Shown here in pieces: positions 38,844-42,046 of a stretch of 42,046 nucleotides of DNA. Made by a program: the position numbers and the translations under genes. Numbering within the stretch: the stretch's first letter is position 1; each line of letters opens with the position of its first letter. This stretch comes from a virus. The DNA is taken from positions 1-42,046 of IMG/VR virus record IMGVR_UViG_3300045988_040454; one strand, given 5' to 3'. The notes under the pieces are model-generated. The model worked only from the letters and a program-made list of their open reading frames with translations, had not been told where the DNA came from and did no database searches.

Positions 38844-40046
38844 TTATACCTCCCCGCTGTAGAGATCGCCGGAGTACCAGGTCTCCGGCTCCAGGATGAG
38901 CACCGTCTCCGCCGCCGAGAGGGACAGGGCGGTCTTGCTGTTGATATCGCAAGGATTGACGCTGAAAACGGCCTCCGAGAAGGTGATCGTCCGGAAAGCG
39001 AAGCCCTCCAGGGTGGATGCCGTCAAGGTAGCCGGGTCGCTGTCGCCGTCGGCGTTGTAGGCGATGAGGGAGTAGCGGTAGCTCTCCCCCGGCTCCACGT
39101 CGCCGTCCGTGTAGCTGGTGCCCGTCAGGGTGGCCAGCAGGGCCCCGTCCCGGTAGAGGCGGTAGCCTGCGGCGTCCGCCGCCGCGCCCCAGGCCAGGCC
39201 CAGGGAGAAGTAGTCCTTGGCGGTCTGGCGGAAGCCCGTGGGGACCTCCGGCCCTTGGGGGAAGACCTCCAGGACGGTGATCCGGGCGTAGCCGTCGCCG
39301 CTGTGGCCGGTCTCCGCCGTGCCCGTGGGGCCGGTGAAGGAGGCGTTGCCCGCTGTGGTGCTGGCGTTGGCCAGGTGGTACTCGCTGCCCAGGAGATAGC
39401 CCGTGGGGGCGTTGGCGCCTGTCCAGACAAAGCCGGAGCCGCCACCGCCGCCCCGGTCGTCATCGCCGGAGCTGTCCGGGTAAGCGCCTCCGCCGCCGTA
39501 CCAGCCGCCGCCTCCGGCGCCGCCGTAGCCGCTGGAGCGGGAAAGGCCCTCGCCGCCGGCGCCGAAGGTGCCGGAGTTGCCGGAGCCGCCCGATCCCCCG
39601 GCGGTCTGGGTGCCCCCTCCGCCGCCGGTGCCGTAGTTGGCCGTGTTGGTGCCGCCGCTCTCGCCGCCGCCGTACATACCGGCCTTGCTGGAAGCGCCGT
39701 CCGATCCGCCGCCGCCCGCCACGATAACACGGGCGTAGAGGTCGTCCTGTCCGATGCGGATATCCGTGCCGCCGCCACCGCCGTTGTAGGTGCTCCGCTT
39801 GCCGCCGCCGTTGTAGCCGCCGGAGGTCTTGCCGGTGTTGCCGCTGCCGCCCACCTGGACGTAGAGCGTGGTCTCCTCGCTGAGCGTCAGCTCGCCGACG
39901 GAGTAGCCGCCCTTGCCGCCGTAGGCGGCGTTGGAGCGGTATCCGCCCTGGGCGCCCCAGCACTCCAGCCGGTAGCGCCCCGGCGGCAGTACCACCGTCT
40001 GCGCCGCCCCGGTGTAGGCGTGGTCCAGGATATCCCCGGCGGTCAT
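38844..40046 (-). CDS. Glycine-rich-domain plus FN3-like tail protein
   Basis: 400 aa. GRYRLECWGAQGG...VQVGGSG...TDIRIG...VIVAGGGGS is typical of the bacterial/phage glycine-rich domain. Then PTGFRQT...YRLYRDG...YRYSLIAYN (FN3-like). It ends in WYSGDLYSGEV. Confidence 0.7.
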   Translation of the reverse strand: MTAGDILDHAYTGAAQTVVLPPGRYRLECWGAQGGYRSNAAYGGKGGYSVGELTLSEETTLYVQVGGSGNTGKTSGGYNGGGKRSTYNGGGGGTDIRIGQDDLYARVIVAGGGGSDGASSKAGMYGGGESGGTNTANYGTGGGGGTQTAGGSGGSGNSGTFGAGGEGLSRSSGYGGAGGGGWYGGGGAYPDSSGDDDRGGGGGSGFVWTGANAPTGYLLGSEYHLANASTTAGNASFTGPTGTAETGHSGDGYARITVLEVFPQGPEVPTGFRQTAKDYFSLGLAWGAAADAAGYRLYRDGALLATLTGTSYTDGDVEPGESYRYSLIAYNADGDSDPATLTASTLEGFAFRTITFSEAVFSVNPCDINSKTALSLSAAETVLILEPETWYSGDLYSGEV

Positions 40047-41503
40047 CCCGTCACCTCCGCCCCGTAGACCACGGTGTTGGAGAGTTTGATCTCCATCTTG
40101 TGGAGATTGCCCGTCACCAGCGTGCCCCAGGGCGTGTAGACGCTCAGACAGTCGCCCAGTTTCTCGCCCTTGTGTACGATGCGGGCCGTGGCGGTGTTCC
40201 GCTTAACGTAGTAGGCATATATTCGGTTCGCTACGGCCTGTCCGATGTCCGTGGAGACTAACGTCGCCCCGGTGATCTCCTTCACGTTCTCCCGGTCTCC
40301 GGCGGTGACGTTGGGATTGCTCACTGTGTAAACGGTAGCGGTGTCCTTGTAGGCCACGCCGCCCACCTGGACGCTGCCGTTGCTGTCCGCCGTGTAGGTA
40401 TGGGCCGTAACGGAGACTTTGGTCACGACGGCCGCCGTGTCCACCGCCGCCCCGGTAAAGGTCCGGTCCTTTGGGATAATCTCCGCCGTGCTGTCCTGCC
40501 GGAAGACCCGGAGAGCGTTGCCGCCGTCCGTGGCGAGACAGACGCCCCAGGCGAAAAGGACCTGCTGGATAGCCTCCCGCCGGGTTTGCGGAAGGAGCAA
40601 GCCTTTCAGGGTGACATCCTCGACGCCATCCGCATACTCCACCGCAAAGGGCGCCGCAAGCTCGTTTAAGAGCGTTTTTGCGCTCACCCCGGAGAGGTAG
40701 GCTCCCCCGGCAAACTGCGTCTCAGAGAGCACGCCAAGGGCGTCGTTGCACTTGATGTCGTAGAGGGACGCCGCCTGCCGGGAAGAACTGGAAATGTAGT
40801 ATACCCCAAGCAGCCCAGCGGCGCTGCGTACCTCCACAGGCTGTTTGAGTTGGAACATGTACTCCACATCGGAGAGGCTGTCCAGCGTCCAGGAGAAGGA
40901 CGAAACCGGGAGCTCAATGGCCGCCTCGTCCATCTCATTGACAATGGAGGCGTTGCGCAGCTCCTCCATACCGAAGACGCGGACGATGCCGAAGAGAATC
41001 TGGTTGATTTTCGCCCTGCGATACGGGAGGGAAGTCTTTTGGATGGCGATTACCAGCTTGTTGTAGCTCTCCACTTTCTTCTCGCAGAAGTACTGGGCGC
41101 TGTCCGGGGTAAAGTTCTGGTCCGCCTTTAGCGTTTCACCCTGGTACCACTTGATATTCAGGGCGGAGCAATACTCCCCGGTGGCAGTGTCAAAGCCAAA
41201 GCTCACGCCCATGGAAGAGAACTGCTGCGAGAAAGAAATGGTGATGGTGGGAGGCTCCTCGAAGCTCCCATCCGCCCCGGAAAGCGCCGCCGACCAGAAG
41301 GCGTAGCTCTCGTCCTCGTACCAGCGGTCCATGGAGCCGTCCAGAATCCATCGGTTATGCTCCAGCGTTACGACGGCCCCGGTATCCCGGCCGAACGGGA
41401 GCTCTGCCGGGGCGCTTTCCGGCGTGGGGCCCGTGGCGGTCACGGACGCCGCTTCCGCCGCTCCCACCGCAACGTCCTTGTAGACAACTGTCGTTTTGCC
41501 CAT
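40043..41503 (-). CDS. Tail-associated (baseplate hub/Tal-position) protein
   Basis: 486 aa and the second gene after the tape measure. The call is by position. Confidence 0.55.
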   Translation of the reverse strand: MGKTTVVYKDVAVGAAEAASVTATGPTPESAPAELPFGRDTGAVVTLEHNRWILDGSMDRWYEDESYAFWSAALSGADGSFEEPPTITISFSQQFSSMGVSFGFDTATGEYCSALNIKWYQGETLKADQNFTPDSAQYFCEKKVESYNKLVIAIQKTSLPYRRAKINQILFGIVRVFGMEELRNASIVNEMDEAAIELPVSSFSWTLDSLSDVEYMFQLKQPVEVRSAAGLLGVYYISSSSRQAASLYDIKCNDALGVLSETQFAGGAYLSGVSAKTLLNELAAPFAVEYADGVEDVTLKGLLLPQTRREAIQQVLFAWGVCLATDGGNALRVFRQDSTAEIIPKDRTFTGAAVDTAAVVTKVSVTAHTYTADSNGSVQVGGVAYKDTATVYTVSNPNVTAGDRENVKEITGATLVSTDIGQAVANRIYAYYVKRNTATARIVHKGEKLGDCLSVYTPWGTLVTGNLHKMEIKLSNTVVYGAEVTG

Positions 41504-41511
41504 TTGTCACC

Positions 41512-41910
41512 TCACGTCGGTTTTACCTGCGCTTTCATCGGGATGAAGTTTACCTCGATCTCGCCCCAGTAGTTGACGCCGCCCTCCACCTTTTCGAGGT
41601 CCTGGGTGGCGCTGGTGTAGTACGCCTCGTAGGAGATGGAGGTCTGCCCGTCGGCGGCCTCCAGAAGGACGGAATCGTCCACGCTGTGCTGGTACAGGTA
41701 GTCCCAAAACTCGTCAAGACCAGCGTAGTTGTTGCCCCGGCGGAAGACGGTGATCTTGTGCCCCAGGTAGGTGCCAATGATATCCCGGATCATCCGGCCC
41801 GTCATAGCGCGGCCCGCATTCTCGCCGTCCAGGACGTTGAAATTGCGGTTGTACTTTGAGATGGCAACGTCAGCATCGAAACTGCGACCGTTGAGCTTGA
41901 TATATCCCAT
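41512..41910 (-). CDS. Distal tail protein-like component
   Basis: 132 aa and the first gene after the tape measure stop (41912-41914). The call is by position, and it is short for a Dit. Confidence 0.5.
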   Translation of the reverse strand: MGYIKLNGRSFDADVAISKYNRNFNVLDGENAGRAMTGRMIRDIIGTYLGHKITVFRRGNNYAGLDEFWDYLYQHSVDDSVLLEAADGQTSISYEAYYTSATQDLEKVEGGVNYWGEIEVNFIPMKAQVKPT

Positions 41911-41911
41911 A

Positions 41912-42046
41912 TCACACCCCCGTAAGGCTCACACCAATGCGGTTTCCTTCGGCCTTGTTGAGCTGGTACACCACCCGGCCCAGAACGTCCCGGTCCAGCA
42001 TCAGGACCGCCTCGCTGCTGCCGCTGTAGCCGCTTTCCGCAAGGGC
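41912..42046 (-). CDS. 3' end of the tape measure ORF (same gene as 1-1946)
   Basis: The minus strand reads ...NKAEGNRIGVSLTGV-stop. The stop is at 41914-41912, and 41928-42046 duplicates 1-119. Confidence 0.85.
   Translation of the reverse strand, partial: ALAESGYSGSSEAVLMLDRDVLGRVVYQLNKAEGNRIGVSLTGV
41928..42046. repeat. Terminal overlap copy B (identical to 1-119)
   Basis: Same 119 bases as the start of the window. Confidence 0.95.

Larger units (their letters stand above)
1..41927. mobile_element. Complete temperate siphovirus-type phage genome, circularly closed (unique length 41,927 bp)
   Basis: Lysogeny, early, recombination/replication, packaging, head, tail and lysis modules are all present, plus integrase and attP. 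The 119-bp self-overlap at the ends closes the circle. Confidence 0.85.

Noticed and set aside
35955-40046. Diversity-generating retroelement targeting the fibre genes.
   Set aside because: There is no reverse transcriptase gene and no template/variable repeat pair anywhere in the genome.

Overview
This window is a complete, circularly closed genome of a temperate siphovirus-type phage. Bases 1-119 are identical to 41928-42046, so the unique genome is 41,927 bp and the contig was opened inside the tape-measure gene. Most genes are on the minus strand. Reading leftwards from about 24.65 kb the order is:
- Cro-like and HTH early genes
- a C5-methyltransferase plus PAPS-reductase-like pair
- four early ORFs of unknown function
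- a 412-bp ORF-poor gap carrying a degenerate GGA-motif array
- a recombination module (Gp157-like, ERF, NinB-like, HNH, SSB)
- a replication module (DUF4373-type initiator with internal iterons, DnaC-like loader)
- small Zn-ribbon and DUF1064 genes, a (Y/D/S-G)n repeat protein and an SLT transglycosylase
- a late regulator, then TerS and TerL
- portal, MuF with a C-terminal extension plus a small downstream ORF, scaffold, capsid and connectors
- major tail, chaperones, and the tape measure, which crosses the contig junction
- distal tail and fibre genes, including two glycine-rich proteins
- XhlA, holin and endolysin

The plus strand holds two units. The first is the lysogeny module at 24.85-28.1 kb, running from a CI-like repressor through cargo genes to a tyrosine integrase. 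It is followed by an attP built on a tmRNA 3' end and flanked by arm-type repeats. The second is an accessory cassette at 30.7-33.1 kb, driven by two copies of an operator-bearing promoter. It encodes small, strongly acidic proteins plus an HTH regulator.

A Cys/Gly/Tyr-rich five-gene cluster lies between that cassette and attP. The host is probably a high-GC Gram-positive, Clostridia-like organism. That is inferred from the GGAGG ribosome-binding sites, the XhlA/holin/DUF2233-M15 lysis genes and the SPP1-like morphogenesis genes.

All functional calls rest on motif recognition, size and synteny read by eye. No database search was possible.

The leads most worth a second look are the GGA-hairpin array at 19860-20271, the acr/aca-like cassette with its duplicated operator-promoter, the attP-proximal cysteine-rich cluster, and the MuF C-terminal extension with a possible immunity ORF.
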